From Acidobacteriota bacterium (GTDB lineage Bacteria; Acidobacteriota; UBA890; WLXD01): a stretch of 64,000 bases of DNA. The stretch spans positions 3,328,001-3,392,000 of the forward strand of contig CBDFKD010000002.1 in NCBI GenBank assembly GCA_965248695.1. The letters run 5' to 3'. Numbering within the stretch: position 1 is the stretch's first letter; each line of letters starts with the position of its first letter. Both the position numbers and the translations under genes were made by a program. Of the stretch, positions 38,212 through 48,786 are shown one piece after another. Below the pieces are notes generated by a model. That model did not search any database. It saw nothing but the letters and a program-made list of their open reading frames with translations, and was not told where the DNA came from.

Positions 38212-39611
38212 CCGGCAGCCTGCGTCGGCAGGCCTGCCTGGTTCCAGGCTGCCATCCCGCCGTCGACGTTGAGCACACCAGAGCGCCCGTGGCGCTCTAG
38301 CAGGCTGGCTACCACGGTGGACTGAAACCCGGTGCTGCACACAACGGCCACCGGCGCATTGCCGTTCGGCACCTCGTCGAGCCGGCGCGCAACGCGTCCC
38401 GCCGGGATGTTGGCAGCCTGGTTGATATGCCCCGCACCCCAAACCGCCTCACCGCGCACGTCGAGCACGGCCACGCCGCCGTCCGCGAGCTTGGCGGCCA
38501 GCACGTCGGGCTCGATCTGGGCAGTTGCCGCGACCGGAAAGGCCGAAGCGCTCCAGGCGTCGACACCACCCTCCAAGTAGCCTCGGACGTCATCGAGACC
38601 CACCCGAACCAGTCCTCGATACCAGGCATCGTTGGCGTGTCCCGCGTCGTCGACCATGAGCAGCAGCGGGGTGTCGTAGGGAACCGTCAAGGCCGCCCAC
38701 ATGCCCGGCCGATGGCCGACGAAGTACGAGCCCGGCACGTGGCCGGCGGCAAAAGCCTCTTTCGTTCGCAAGTCCACCACCGCATGGCCCTGGTCGCGCA
38801 ACTCCGCGAAACGACAGGCGCCCATGGCCGGTACTGGCGGCGAATCGAGCAAGCTCGCCGGACCGTCGGCGTTGAGTTGCTTCATCCGCCGGTAGTAGTT
38901 CGGGAAGAGCGGCACCTCGTCCAGCACCTTGGTGACGAACTGGTCGCGCTGCATCGGTTGAAGGTAGGGATTCGCCAGTCGCTCGTATCCGAGCGTCGAC
39001 AGCGGGCGCCCGCTAATGCCGGCGCCGCACATCGAACCCGAGCCATGTCCGGGGTGCACCTCGATCCCGTCCGGCAACCCCGGAAGCACGTTGGTGATGC
39101 TCTCGTACAGCTGATTGGCGAGGCCGATCTTGGCCTCCTCACCGAGCAGGTCAGGGCGACCGACCGATCCCACGAACACGAAGTCGCCACTCAGGAACAA
39201 CTGCGGCACTTCGCTGGAGCGGGCGCCGTCGAACACCAGAAAGGCCATGTGCTCGGGCGTATGCCCGGGCGTGTGCAGGGCACGAAATCCGACGACACCG
39301 AGGTTGAACGTATCGCCGTCGCGCAGCTCCGTATGCGGAAAGCTGACGTCGTACAGCTCGCCGGCGTCGTACGCCGAAAGCATGAGCTCGGCCCCGGTAG
39401 CCGCGGCCAGCTCTCGTGCTCCGGAGGCGAAGTCGGCGTGGATGTGGGTCTCCAACACGTAGGCGATGCGCAGATCATGCTGGCGGGCGAAACTCAGGTA
39501 GAGATCGACATCGCGTCGCGGATCGACGACCGCGACCCGGCCGTCGGCCGGGCATCCGACGACGTACGACATCTGCGACAAGTCAACGTCTTCGAAGCGT
39601 TCGAACAGCAT
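38208..39611 (-). CDS. MBL-fold persulfide dioxygenase-like protein with two rhodanese domains (CstB-like)
   Basis: THIHADF, TPGHTPEH, SGDF..GRPDL, PGHG.GS.CG; C-terminal VCSTGFQS. Confidence 0.88.
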   Translation of the reverse strand: MLFERFEDVDLSQMSYVVGCPADGRVAVVDPRRDVDLYLSFARQHDLRIAYVLETHIHADFASGARELAAATGAELMLSAYDAGELYDVSFPHTELRDGDTFNLGVVGFRALHTPGHTPEHMAFLVFDGARSSEVPQLFLSGDFVFVGSVGRPDLLGEEAKIGLANQLYESITNVLPGLPDGIEVHPGHGSGSMCGAGISGRPLSTLGYERLANPYLQPMQRDQFVTKVLDEVPLFPNYYRRMKQLNADGPASLLDSPPVPAMGACRFAELRDQGHAVVDLRTKEAFAAGHVPGSYFVGHRPGMWAALTVPYDTPLLLMVDDAGHANDAWYRGLVRVGLDDVRGYLEGGVDAWSASAFPVAATAQIEPDVLAAKLADGGVAVLDVRGEAVWGAGHINQAANIPAGRVARRLDEVPNGNAPVAVVCSTGFQSTVVASLLERHGRSGVLNVDGGMAAWNQAGLPTQAAG

Positions 39612-39795
39612 TTCGCCTTCCTCCCGAATGAGAGGTTGATTCTATCCGAGCATCGGCGCCGCAGCCGCCGTCCAGGCAGGCCGTGGTGCTAGCAGGCCGT
39701 GGTGAAAGTGTGCGTCAGGCTGCCTCGCATCTGGCCCCAACTCGCCGTAACCAGACCCACCACACTTTCACCACGGCCTGCTAGAGTCTCGGCCC

Positions 39796-40047
39796 ATGGC
39801 GCGTTACGAGATCGAGCTCAGCGACGACACCGTCATCGAGGCGGACGACGCCCGCTTCCTGTGCGACGGCAAGTTCATCGAGCTCATACCGCGCAAGACT
39901 GCCGCCATCGAAGGCGAGCCGGCGACGGTCGTGATCAACAGCTCCCACGTGGTCGCCATCGAGCACAAGAAGATCGGCTTCAGCGGCGGCTATCGGTTCG
40001 GCGGCGACAAGGATTCCTCGTTCGCCAAGACCGAGGGCTCGGTCTGA
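39796..40047 (+). CDS. Hypothetical protein (83 aa)
   Basis: Strong GC3 codon bias; fills an intergenic gap. Confidence 0.65.
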   Translation: MARYEIELSDDTVIEADDARFLCDGKFIELIPRKTAAIEGEPATVVINSSHVVAIEHKKIGFSGGYRFGGDKDSSFAKTEGSV

Positions 40048-40113
40048 CCTCCGCGCACGAGTGCACTGCCCGCTCGAGGCCCGGTCGGTAGGTGTACGCC
40101 ACTGCCCGGGATG

Positions 40114-41025
40114 TCAGCGAACGCCGACGAAGCGCACCTCGAAGAGGCGCGGCCAGAGCTTGCCGGTGATGAACGTCCGACCGCTCGCTGCGTCGTAGGC
40201 GATACCGTTGAGCACCGCTTCGGGGTCGCGGATCAGGTCGGCGTCGATGATCCCCGACATGTCGATCCGTCCGAGCACCTCGCCGGTTCGCGGCGAGACC
40301 CGCAAGATATCGTCGCTATGCCAAACGTTGGCATATATCTCGCCGTCGATGTACTCGAGCTCGTTAATCTGATCGACTGGGGTGCCATCGTCCCGGACCT
40401 CGAGCTGCCGCACCGGCGACACGGTCTCGGGATCGAGGAAGTAGAGGAAGGCGCTACCGTCGCTCATGATCAGCTGTGCGCCATCATGGGTCAGGCCCCA
40501 ACCCTCGGTGAACTGCCGAAACCGCCCCACGGTTGAGAAGCTCTCGAGGTCGTAGACAAAACCGACGCCCGATTGCCAGGTGAGCTGATAAACGCGCTGC
40601 CCGAGGATGGCGATTCCCTCACCGAAAAACGACGGCGCCAGCTCGACGGCTTCGAGCACGCGACCGGTCTCCAGCTCGACTTTGCGAAGTGCTGATTCGC
40701 CCCGGCGCCCGGTTCCCTCGTACAAGTACCCGGCGTGAAACACGAGCCCCTGCGTGAACGCGTCCGGATCATGAGGATAGCTGCGGACTACCTCGTAGGT
40801 CTGCTTGCGAGCAGCGGTGGCGACTTGCCGGGGCGACGCAGACTCGGCATCGCTGTCGGCGCCGGCATGCACGCTCAACACTGCAGGGGGCGGATCAACC
40901 TCCGCCGGTATCGCCTGGTCGCCGCTGTTGGAGGCCGCCGAGCACCCGAGCAAGCTCAGCGCCAGCACTGACGCGCCGACTCGAGCCGGGCCGTTCCGAG
41001 CGACGGTGCCGCTGTCGCCGACCAT
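40114..41025 (-). CDS. Glutaminyl-peptide cyclotransferase (bacterial/plant type), lipoprotein
   Basis: PHDPDAFTQGL, FGEG, QLTW, EGWGLT, MSDGS, NELE, VLNGIA, TGKLW; lipobox LLGC; start uncertain. Confidence 0.9.
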   Translation of the reverse strand: MVGDSGTVARNGPARVGASVLALSLLGCSAASNSGDQAIPAEVDPPPAVLSVHAGADSDAESASPRQVATAARKQTYEVVRSYPHDPDAFTQGLVFHAGYLYEGTGRRGESALRKVELETGRVLEAVELAPSFFGEGIAILGQRVYQLTWQSGVGFVYDLESFSTVGRFRQFTEGWGLTHDGAQLIMSDGSAFLYFLDPETVSPVRQLEVRDDGTPVDQINELEYIDGEIYANVWHSDDILRVSPRTGEVLGRIDMSGIIDADLIRDPEAVLNGIAYDAASGRTFITGKLWPRLFEVRFVGVR

Positions 41026-41081
41026 CCGTTCGACGTGGTCCAACCGGCCGTGGAACCGCTGGCGCTTCCTGTTCGTGCGGA

Positions 41082-41495
41082 TCATCCATCCAGTATGCCG
41101 GCTCGACGCATCGGTTGCCTCGTCGGACGGATCGTTGAGCGCTCCAGGCACCGCCACAGGTGCGCCCGCAGCCCGCGGGCCTGGGCACGTACACCTGCCG
41201 CATAGCATCCCAGTGCCGCCGGGCATGCTTCCATGTACATGGTGCGGAAAGTGCACAAGGCGAGCAAGATGCCTGCACCGATGAAACGGTGGCGCAACGC
41301 CCCGTCGCGGTCCAGCCGTGGATCGGCGGCCTCGAGCTCCACACGTACCTGGTCCAGGACCGCCGCCAAGGTCGTGTAACACCGATCGACATCATCCAGC
41401 GCCGCGGCCGGAATCAGCCCGGCGTCGACGTCGCGTTCCAGACAGATACGGCATCGCGCGAGAACCCTTCGCGCGCTGGCAAACGAGCTACTCAC
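41082..41495 (-). CDS. Possible hypothetical protein
   Basis: Open frame filling the gap between QC and fbp; no recognised motif. Confidence 0.3.
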   Translation of the reverse strand: MSSSFASARRVLARCRICLERDVDAGLIPAAALDDVDRCYTTLAAVLDQVRVELEAADPRLDRDGALRHRFIGAGILLALCTFRTMYMEACPAALGCYAAGVRAQARGLRAHLWRCLERSTIRPTRQPMRRAGILDG

Positions 41496-41649
41496 ACCGG
41501 TCTCCACGGTTCGGTTCGTCCTGCAAGCCCTCCACCGAGATGAGACGGGCTGCAGCTGCTTGATTTCGGCTGGAGGCAAGCGAGAATTGCTGGACCGTGT
41601 ACCTTGTACAGAGCTTCCCCCCACTCCAGTGGGCACTCGGAGGACGCTC

Positions 41650-42699
41650 ATGCCCAGCCGTTCGGCCGCAGCGCTGAAGACACCGATCGTCACGCGGCCA
41701 AACCAGATCGTCACCATCGAGCGGCACATCCTCGATCGTCAGGCGTCGCATCCGGATGCCAGCGGTGCCCTATCGCGCCTGCTGTACGACATCGCTCTCA
41801 CCGGCAAGTTGATTGCCCGCGAGGTCACCAAGGCCGGGCTGGTCGACATTCTCGGTGAAACCGGGACGACGAACATTCAGGGCGAGCGTGTACAGAAGCT
41901 CGACGAGTTCGCCAACGAATGCTTCATCAAGAACTTCGACCATGGAGGCATACTGTGCCTCATGGGCTCGGAAGAAGTCGACGACCCGATTCCGATCCCG
42001 GACAAGTTCGCCACCGGCGAGTACGTCCTGCTCTTCGACCCTCTGGACGGGTCCTCGAACATCGACGCCAATGTTTCGATCGGCTCGATCTGGTCCATCT
42101 ACCGCCGCGTCACCGAGCCCGGACACGGAAGCCTGGTCGATCTGCTACGCAAGGGTGCAGAACAGGTGGCGGCCGGGTACATCCTCTACGGCTCGAGCAC
42201 CATGCTGGTGTACACGACCGGCGACGGCGTCTACGGTTTCACGCTCGACCCGAGCCTCGGCGAGTTTCTCCTCTCGCATCCGCGCATCGAGATTCCCAAG
42301 AAGGGCAACGTCTACAGCGTCAACGAGGGCTATCGGAACGTGTTCTTCGAGAGCACTCGACGTTTCCTGGATCATCTCCAGGAAGACGACGCCGCAACCG
42401 GCAGACCGTACTCCGGCCGGTACATCGGTTCGATGGTCGCTGACGTGCACCGCACGCTGCTGTACGGCGGCCTGTTCATGTACCCGGCAACCCAGAGGGC
42501 ACCGGGCGGCAAGCTCCGGCTGATGTACGAGGCGAACCCCATGGGGATGGTCATCGAAGAGGCCGGCGGCATGGCCTCGACCGGTACCGAGCGTATCCTC
42601 GACGTGCAATCCACCGAGTTGCACCAACGTGTACCGCTGTACATGGGGTCGGAGGAAGACGTCCGGTTGGCGGTGGAGTTCGAGACCGGAGTGCGCTAG
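41650..42699 (+). CDS. fbp: Fructose-1,6-bisphosphatase class 1
   Basis: [46 protein letters not shown]. Confidence 0.95.
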   Translation: MPSRSAAALKTPIVTRPNQIVTIERHILDRQASHPDASGALSRLLYDIALTGKLIAREVTKAGLVDILGETGTTNIQGERVQKLDEFANECFIKNFDHGGILCLMGSEEVDDPIPIPDKFATGEYVLLFDPLDGSSNIDANVSIGSIWSIYRRVTEPGHGSLVDLLRKGAEQVAAGYILYGSSTMLVYTTGDGVYGFTLDPSLGEFLLSHPRIEIPKKGNVYSVNEGYRNVFFESTRRFLDHLQEDDAATGRPYSGRYIGSMVADVHRTLLYGGLFMYPATQRAPGGKLRLMYEANPMGMVIEEAGGMASTGTERILDVQSTELHQRVPLYMGSEEDVRLAVEFETGVR

Positions 42700-42814
42700 C
42701 GAGCCCGCCGTGGTGACGGTGTGGCGAGTCCGGTACGCGCCGCGACCATCGCGCCCTCCTTGCAGCTCTTGACAGCCGGCCGCAAAGGGTAGGAACCTCC
42801 AACCCATACTCATA

Positions 42815-42842
42815 ATTTTCCGTACCCTATTTTCCGTACCCT
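42815..42842. repeat. Perfect 14-bp tandem direct repeat upstream of fabH
   Basis: ATTTTCCGTACCCT x2. Confidence 0.8.
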
Positions 42843-42921
42843 TCCATCATCCGCGCCATGCTCTCATCCTGCGCGGTAACTGACCGCGGGCTCCTCGTGC
42901 GCCCCCGGCTACAGGCACGAC

Positions 42922-43965
42922 ATGAAGCCGGATCTCGCGATCGGCTACGTGGGCTTTGGTGCCTACGTGCCTTCCACCGTTCTCACCAACCACGACCTCG
43001 AACAGATCGTCGACACCACCGACGAATGGATCCAGCGTCGGACCGGGATCCGTGAGCGGCATATCCTGGCCGAGGACGAGACGATCCTCGACATGGCGGT
43101 GGCGACCGCCCAGCAAGCGCTCGACGACGCCGGCCTGACGGCGGAGCAGATCGGCGACATCCGTGTCGGGGTGAACACCTGGGCGCGCTTCCCGAGCCTC
43201 GCGACCCAGGTGCAGGCGGCAATCGGCGCCACCGGTGCGTCGGCGGCCGACGTCTCCGCCGGCTGCGCCGGGTTCGTCTACGCCGTCGAGGAGGCGTACA
43301 ACAAGATCTACGTCTCGAAGAGGCGCGACGGAGAAGACCTCATCTCGTTGGTGATCGGAGTCGACGGTCTGTCACACATCACCAACTGGAAGGATCGCGG
43401 AACCTGCGTCTTGCTGGGAGACGGTGCCGGCGCCGTGGTCATGCGCCAGGTCGACCGCGGCGGCATTCTGTCGATCCACACGCATGCCGACGGGCGCTAC
43501 GGCGACTACCTGTACTCGGACTCCGTGCTCGAGACGCAGTGGGACCCGGGTGCTCCCGAGCCGTTCTCCAACAAGAAGAAAGGCGTACGTCCCTATCTGC
43601 ACATGAACGGCCGCAAAGTGTACGGCGTCGCGGTACGCACAATGGTGAACGACATCCACGCGGTGGTCGAGAAGTACAATCGCGACAACCCCGACCCCGT
43701 CAGCCTCGACGACGTGAGCTTCGTCTATCCACACCAGGCCAACCTGCGCATCATCGAGAGCGTCGCCAGCAAGCTCGGGATGCCGCTCGACCGCGTTTAC
43801 ACCAACGGGATCATGCACTTCGGCAACACATCGACCGCCTCGATCCCGATCGGGTATCTCGACGTCGACGCGCGTACCAACGGTGCGCCGCGGCGAGGAA
43901 TCGAGATCGACGTCGCCTTCGGCGCCGGGTTCGCCTCCGGGGCGATCCTCCGCGAGGTCGCCTAG
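42922..43965 (+). CDS. fabH: 3-oxoacyl-ACP synthase III family
   Basis: WI..RTGI.ER, AGCAGF, GDGAGA, PHQANLRII, GNTSTASIP. Confidence 0.9.
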   Translation: MKPDLAIGYVGFGAYVPSTVLTNHDLEQIVDTTDEWIQRRTGIRERHILAEDETILDMAVATAQQALDDAGLTAEQIGDIRVGVNTWARFPSLATQVQAAIGATGASAADVSAGCAGFVYAVEEAYNKIYVSKRRDGEDLISLVIGVDGLSHITNWKDRGTCVLLGDGAGAVVMRQVDRGGILSIHTHADGRYGDYLYSDSVLETQWDPGAPEPFSNKKKGVRPYLHMNGRKVYGVAVRTMVNDIHAVVEKYNRDNPDPVSLDDVSFVYPHQANLRIIESVASKLGMPLDRVYTNGIMHFGNTSTASIPIGYLDVDARTNGAPRRGIEIDVAFGAGFASGAILREVA

Positions 43966-43971
43966 CAGGCC

Positions 43972-44453
43972 GTGCGTGAGGCAGTGTGGGAGATCGATCC
44001 GCGGCTGCCGATCGCCAACATGCAGCCGTTCGGGCGACTGGTTTCCGAATCGTTGTTGCGCACTTCATTCACCCGCGTGATGCTCGGAGTCGTGGCCCTT
44101 GTGGCGCTGCTGCTCGGCGCGATCGGCATTTATGGCGTCATCGCGTACATCGTCAGCGAGCGCACGCAAGAGATCGGGGTGCGCATCGCCCTGGGTTCGT
44201 CTCGACGGGGAGTCCAGGCGATGGTGGTCTGCCGGGGTCTGGTGCTGGCGGCCGTGGGAATCGCCGTCGGGCTGGGCGCGTCGATAGCCGTCAGCAGCGT
44301 GTTGACGTCGTGCTGTACGAGGTCGACGCGACCGATCCGACGACCTATGCGGGTGTGGTCACTGCACTCGGACTGGTAGCCTTGATCGCCAGCTGGCTAC
44401 CCGCGGTCCGCGCCTCGAGCGTCGACCCCGTAGTAGCCTTACGCGCCGACTGA
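43972..44453 (+). pseudogene. C-terminal fragment of an ADOP/FtsX-type ABC permease, frameshifted
   Basis: IGIYGVIAYIVSERTQEIGVRIALG in one frame, continuing LYEVDATDP...ASWLPAVRASSVDPVVALRAD in another (shift near 44310); no N-terminus. Confidence 0.8.
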
Positions 44454-44479
44454 GTTCCCCGTTCCGTGGACGACCATCG

Positions 44480-45292
44480 ATGCCGAAGCCGACTCGCTTT
44501 CACCACAAGACCGCTGCGTTTGTGGCGACCCTCGCCACCGTCCTGATTGGTGCCGCTGCCGCTGGTGAGCCGCCGCGAGCCGCAGGCCAGGATCGAGCCG
44601 TCAGCTCGCGTGCCGACTGGGAGTATCCGGACGACGGAACCTGGGCCGAGGACTTCCCCAGCTGCGGCCTCCGACACCAGTCACCGATCGACATCGCTCG
44701 TCAGGACATCAACTCGACGCTGCGTCGGCCGCTGGCATTCCACTACGAGACCACCGACTTCACCGCCTTTAACAACGGCCACACGATCGAGCTCGAGGCC
44801 GACGAGGCCATCAACTATATCGAGGCGCGCGGCATCAAGTTCTGGCTGCTGCAGTTCCATTTCCACAGCGCGGCCGAACATCGCGTCCCGGCGCGCGGCG
44901 TAGCGCGGGGCGCCGAACGCACCCACGGGGCAATGGTGACACACCTGGTACATCAGTCGGATACCGGGATCCTGGCGGTGGTTGCGCGCGTTTTCGCCCT
45001 CGGCGACGCGAACCCGACGGTCGACGAGATCTGGCGTCCCAGGCTCCGAAACCAGGACGTCAACGTGCACCTGCGGCTGAACCCTGAAGACCTGCTACCG
45101 CGAGATCGCAGCGTGTACCAATACAACGGGTCGCTGACCACCCCGCCGTGCACCCAGCAGGTCCGCTGGAACGTAATCCGCAAGCTAGGACAGGTCGATC
45201 AGGATCAGGTCGATTTCTTCACGGGGATCTTCCCGCTGAGCACCCGCAACCTGCAGCCGTTGAACTCGCGCGCGATCTTCCGGACGCAGTAG
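44480..45292 (+). CDS. Periplasmic alpha-carbonic anhydrase
   Basis: Signal peptide, QSPIDI, NNGHT, QFHFH..EH, HLVH, YNGSLTTPPC, RNLQPLN. Confidence 0.92.
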   Translation: MPKPTRFHHKTAAFVATLATVLIGAAAAGEPPRAAGQDRAVSSRADWEYPDDGTWAEDFPSCGLRHQSPIDIARQDINSTLRRPLAFHYETTDFTAFNNGHTIELEADEAINYIEARGIKFWLLQFHFHSAAEHRVPARGVARGAERTHGAMVTHLVHQSDTGILAVVARVFALGDANPTVDEIWRPRLRNQDVNVHLRLNPEDLLPRDRSVYQYNGSLTTPPCTQQVRWNVIRKLGQVDQDQVDFFTGIFPLSTRNLQPLNSRAIFRTQ

Positions 45293-45294
45293 GG

Positions 45295-46740
45295 TCAGCT
45301 CAGCCCGAAGGCGTAGAGCGTGCCGCGAGTGCGTACATAGATCCGACCGTCGGCGATCGCAGGCGTGGCGTAGCACAGGTCGTCGAGATCCGACACGGAG
45401 ACCGGCTCCAGCCCTCCGTCCGGCTCGAGCACGGACAGCATACCGAGCTCCGACAGCATGAAGACCTTGCCGTCGGCGGCGATGGGCGAGGCGTAGTACT
45501 GATCGACGGCCCCCTTCAAACGGCCTTGCTTGATCACCTCACCGGTCTGCGGATTGAACGATGTAACGATGCCACCATCGTTCACCATGTACAGAACATC
45601 GTTGTAGATGAGCGGTGACGGCAGCTGGGGGACGGCGCGGTTGTACTCCCAGAGCAGATTCTCCTCGGTCATGTCGCCGCGGCCGCCCAGACGGATCGCC
45701 AGCATGCCGTTGCGGCTCTCCAGCGCCGCCCGCAGGTACGCCCATTCCTCCGCATCGAGAGTCTCGTTGAGGTTCAGATCAGCGAGATAGAACCAGTTCC
45801 GAGCTCGGTTCGCCGGCATTTCCTGGCTGTTGATCACCTCGTCGCCGTCGGCATCAAGCTCGGCCACAACCTCGGCGAACGGCGCCAGGAAGACCTGGTT
45901 GCCGGGCTGGTTGATCGGCGCACCATAGCCGTTGATGTACGCGACATCGTCCAGGATCACCGGCGTCGACTTGATCTCGAACGACAGGCCCCGAACCCAC
46001 CAGATCTTCTCGCCGGTGTCCGGATCGTAGGAGTCGAGCAAGAAGGAGCCCGGCAAGATCAGCTGCGTATCGCCCTCCGGCGACTTCCATAGCACTGGCG
46101 TCGAATGCCCGCTCTTGGCTTCGGGACGCTGAACCTCCCAGATCGTCTCGCCGGTGTCCTTGTGCACAGCGAGCATGAAGGATCCGACGTTCTGGTCGCA
46201 CACCAGAATCACCTTGTCGTCGACGACCACCGGCGATGCGCCCATTCCATAGATGTTGTTGAACGGCCCCAGGGGCACGCGCCAGCGCTCCTCACCGTCG
46301 AACGTGTACGACAGCAGGCCAAAGTCGGGAAAGAACACGTATATCGAGCCGTCGGCGATCGCAGGGCTCGGCGACGCCGCGTTGTTGCGATTGTCGAAGA
46401 AGTCGGCCCGCGGTCGCGGCGCCTCGCGCTGCCACAGCACCGCACCGCTCTCGCGATCGAGCGCCATCGTCAACAGACGCTCGTCCTCGGTGGCGGTCAG
46501 GAAGATCCGTCGCTCCGACAGTACCGGCGACGAATGGCCCTCCGCTAATTCGGTTTTCCAGATGACGTTGGTGTCGGGCCCGAAGGTCGTCGGCAGCGCA
46601 CCGGTCTCGACTACGCCCGACCCGTTCGGACCGCGAAACCGCGTCCAGTCCTCGTTTGCCGCCACTGGGCGTGCGCCGATCGCGGCGGGGAGGGCAGCCA
46701 ACAGCAGCATCGCCGTAAGAGTCGTGCGCATCGGTGTCAT
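45295..46740 (-). CDS. Exported PQQ-like beta-propeller protein with EF-hand-like insert
   Basis: DWTRFRGPNG, GHSSP, GASP, HSTP, YYASP, ATPA; DADGDEVINSQE and DLNLNETLDAEE loops. Confidence 0.88.
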   Translation of the reverse strand: MTPMRTTLTAMLLLAALPAAIGARPVAANEDWTRFRGPNGSGVVETGALPTTFGPDTNVIWKTELAEGHSSPVLSERRIFLTATEDERLLTMALDRESGAVLWQREAPRPRADFFDNRNNAASPSPAIADGSIYVFFPDFGLLSYTFDGEERWRVPLGPFNNIYGMGASPVVVDDKVILVCDQNVGSFMLAVHKDTGETIWEVQRPEAKSGHSTPVLWKSPEGDTQLILPGSFLLDSYDPDTGEKIWWVRGLSFEIKSTPVILDDVAYINGYGAPINQPGNQVFLAPFAEVVAELDADGDEVINSQEMPANRARNWFYLADLNLNETLDAEEWAYLRAALESRNGMLAIRLGGRGDMTEENLLWEYNRAVPQLPSPLIYNDVLYMVNDGGIVTSFNPQTGEVIKQGRLKGAVDQYYASPIAADGKVFMLSELGMLSVLEPDGGLEPVSVSDLDDLCYATPAIADGRIYVRTRGTLYAFGLS

Positions 46741-46823
46741 CCGTTGTCGCCGGAGACATCGGCCACGGTTTGCGCCGAGGACACCAGCCGTTGCTGGGAG
46801 CGAGTTGACTGTATCATCGGGCG

Positions 46824-47102
46824 ATGGGTAGCCGCAGGGGTCTTTTTGTGGCGGTCGGGGCGCTCGTTGCCGGCCTGCTGGCGTTGATCATCTATTCGAG
46901 CCTGGGCCTGGCGCAGGTCACGGGCGAGATCTGCTTCACCTTCAACGGCCGCACCGAATGCCGCGTCGCGTCGGGAACGACGCGTGAGGAGACCATACGG
47001 ACGGCCGCCGAGATGGCCTGCTCCGCGATCGCGTCGGGTATGACGGAACGCATCAACTGCACGCAGTCACGACCCACCCGCATCGAGTGGAGTGGCGAAT
47101 AG
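46824..47102 (+). CDS. Small membrane-anchored hypothetical protein with four Cys
   Basis: N-terminal TM helix; C.F.GRT.CR...AC..IASG.TE.I.C. Confidence 0.7.
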   Translation: MGSRRGLFVAVGALVAGLLALIIYSSLGLAQVTGEICFTFNGRTECRVASGTTREETIRTAAEMACSAIASGMTERINCTQSRPTRIEWSGE

Positions 47103-47120
47103 CCTGGATCGACTAGTGGC

Positions 47121-48755
47121 CTAGCGCCCGCTGCCGGCCCGCATTCTGGCGCTGAGATCGCGGCCATCCAGGTCACCAGGCGCTCGGATTCCGAGCAGCG
47201 CGGCAAGCGTCGGTGCGAGATCCGCAGTAGAGGCAACCTCGTCGTGCTGGCCGGCAGCGACGCCGGGACCGGCGATGATCATCGGCACATGCGAGTCGTA
47301 GTCGAACACGCTTCCGTGGGTCGTGCCCATCGACGGATCGTCCAGCACGTAGTCGTGATACTGAACAACGAGGTCAGGACTGCGGCGCGGAAAGTAGTTG
47401 TTCCGATAACGCTGGGTCTGTGCATCAGCGACGCTGCTGGCGCGGATCAGCTCTGTCGACGTCCAGACGCGCTCGACCACGGCACACTCGCTCAGGATCT
47501 CGGCAAGCTCTCGCTCCACGTCGGCCTTATCGCGTAGCTGCCGCTCGATCACCGACTCGTCCAGATAGAAGTCGCTCTCGATCCAGGGGTGATCACCGAG
47601 CCTGTCGCGTAGTCGCGCACCGGCCTGCTGGACGCACAGAAGATCGTCACCGCCGAGCCGCTTGCCCTCCCTACCCTGCGACGCTTCATACTCCGGCATC
47701 AGCTGAACACCATGATCGGCGCTCAGCGCCATCATCACGTGATCGGAGCCGATGCGCTCGTCGATGAACTCGAACAGCTCGCCGAGGCGCAGGTCGAGCC
47801 GGAACAGGATGTCGAGAACTTCCGGCGCGTTGGGCCCATAGGAGTGGCCGACGTAGTCGAGCGATGAGAACGACAGGCCCAGAAAATCGATGCTGGCGTC
47901 CGTCCCGAGATCCTCCTGGACGATCATCTCCTCGGCCAGCTCTGCCAGATACCAGTCGCCCCAAGGGCTTTCCGGGATTCGCGCGTAGAACTCGATGCCC
48001 GGATCCGGATACGACCAGCCGAGCACGTGCGGAAACCCCAGCGCGAAGCCCCCGGTGTCGATCTGCTCGACGTCGACCTCCGACCAGAGACGCTCGAGGA
48101 TCGCGGGTTCCCAAGCCGTCCCATAGAACTGGCGCAGCCGTTCCTCGTCGTTGAACTCCTGCACCCAGAGCCGATCCGCGGCGCCGTAGTAGCTGCTGCT
48201 CGTCCAGCCACCGGTGCTGCCGTCGTACCAGAACGCGCCGTCGGCGTTCTGGCCCCCCAGCATGACCGCGGAGCGATCCTTGATGCTGGCGGTGAACACC
48301 TTCGTCCGCGGATCCGCCGCTTTCATCCAGTCTCCGATCGCCGTCCCATGCAGGTGTACCGGCGAACGCTGCGACGCGGGCCCCGCGGCGTAGACCGAGA
48401 CGTTGCTCCGACGGTCGTACCACGAGTTGCCGACGATGCCCGATCTCGCCGGCTCGAGCCCGGTGGAGATCGTCGCGTGCCCCGGCGCCGTCGCCGTCAT
48501 CGAATGGTTCTGGTGCGCGTCGGTAAACACCGCGCCGGTATCGAGCAGGCGCGCGAGCCCACCGGTAAGGAATGGCCGGAACCGAACCAGGTAGTCGTAG
48601 CGCGCCTGGTCGATGGCGATGATCAGCAGCAACGAGGGCCCGTCGCCCCGCGGCGTCGGCGCCGGCACGGGCGTCGGGGCTGAGGCACATCGCACCATCA
48701 GCAGCGGCACCATACAGACGAGCACGAAGCGCAGAACGATCGGTTTGCGAAGCAA
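47121..48755 (-). CDS. Alkaline phosphatase family protein (PafA-like)
   Basis: IAIDQ, TAPGHATISTG (Thr nucleophile), KDRSA, DYVGH, SADHG, THGS. Confidence 0.9.
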   Translation of the reverse strand: MLRKPIVLRFVLVCMVPLLMVRCASAPTPVPAPTPRGDGPSLLLIIAIDQARYDYLVRFRPFLTGGLARLLDTGAVFTDAHQNHSMTATAPGHATISTGLEPARSGIVGNSWYDRRSNVSVYAAGPASQRSPVHLHGTAIGDWMKAADPRTKVFTASIKDRSAVMLGGQNADGAFWYDGSTGGWTSSSYYGAADRLWVQEFNDEERLRQFYGTAWEPAILERLWSEVDVEQIDTGGFALGFPHVLGWSYPDPGIEFYARIPESPWGDWYLAELAEEMIVQEDLGTDASIDFLGLSFSSLDYVGHSYGPNAPEVLDILFRLDLRLGELFEFIDERIGSDHVMMALSADHGVQLMPEYEASQGREGKRLGGDDLLCVQQAGARLRDRLGDHPWIESDFYLDESVIERQLRDKADVERELAEILSECAVVERVWTSTELIRASSVADAQTQRYRNNYFPRRSPDLVVQYHDYVLDDPSMGTTHGSVFDYDSHVPMIIAGPGVAAGQHDEVASTADLAPTLAALLGIRAPGDLDGRDLSARMRAGSGR

Positions 48756-48786
48756 GTAGGCGGGCTCGCGGGTAGCTTGGACGCGG

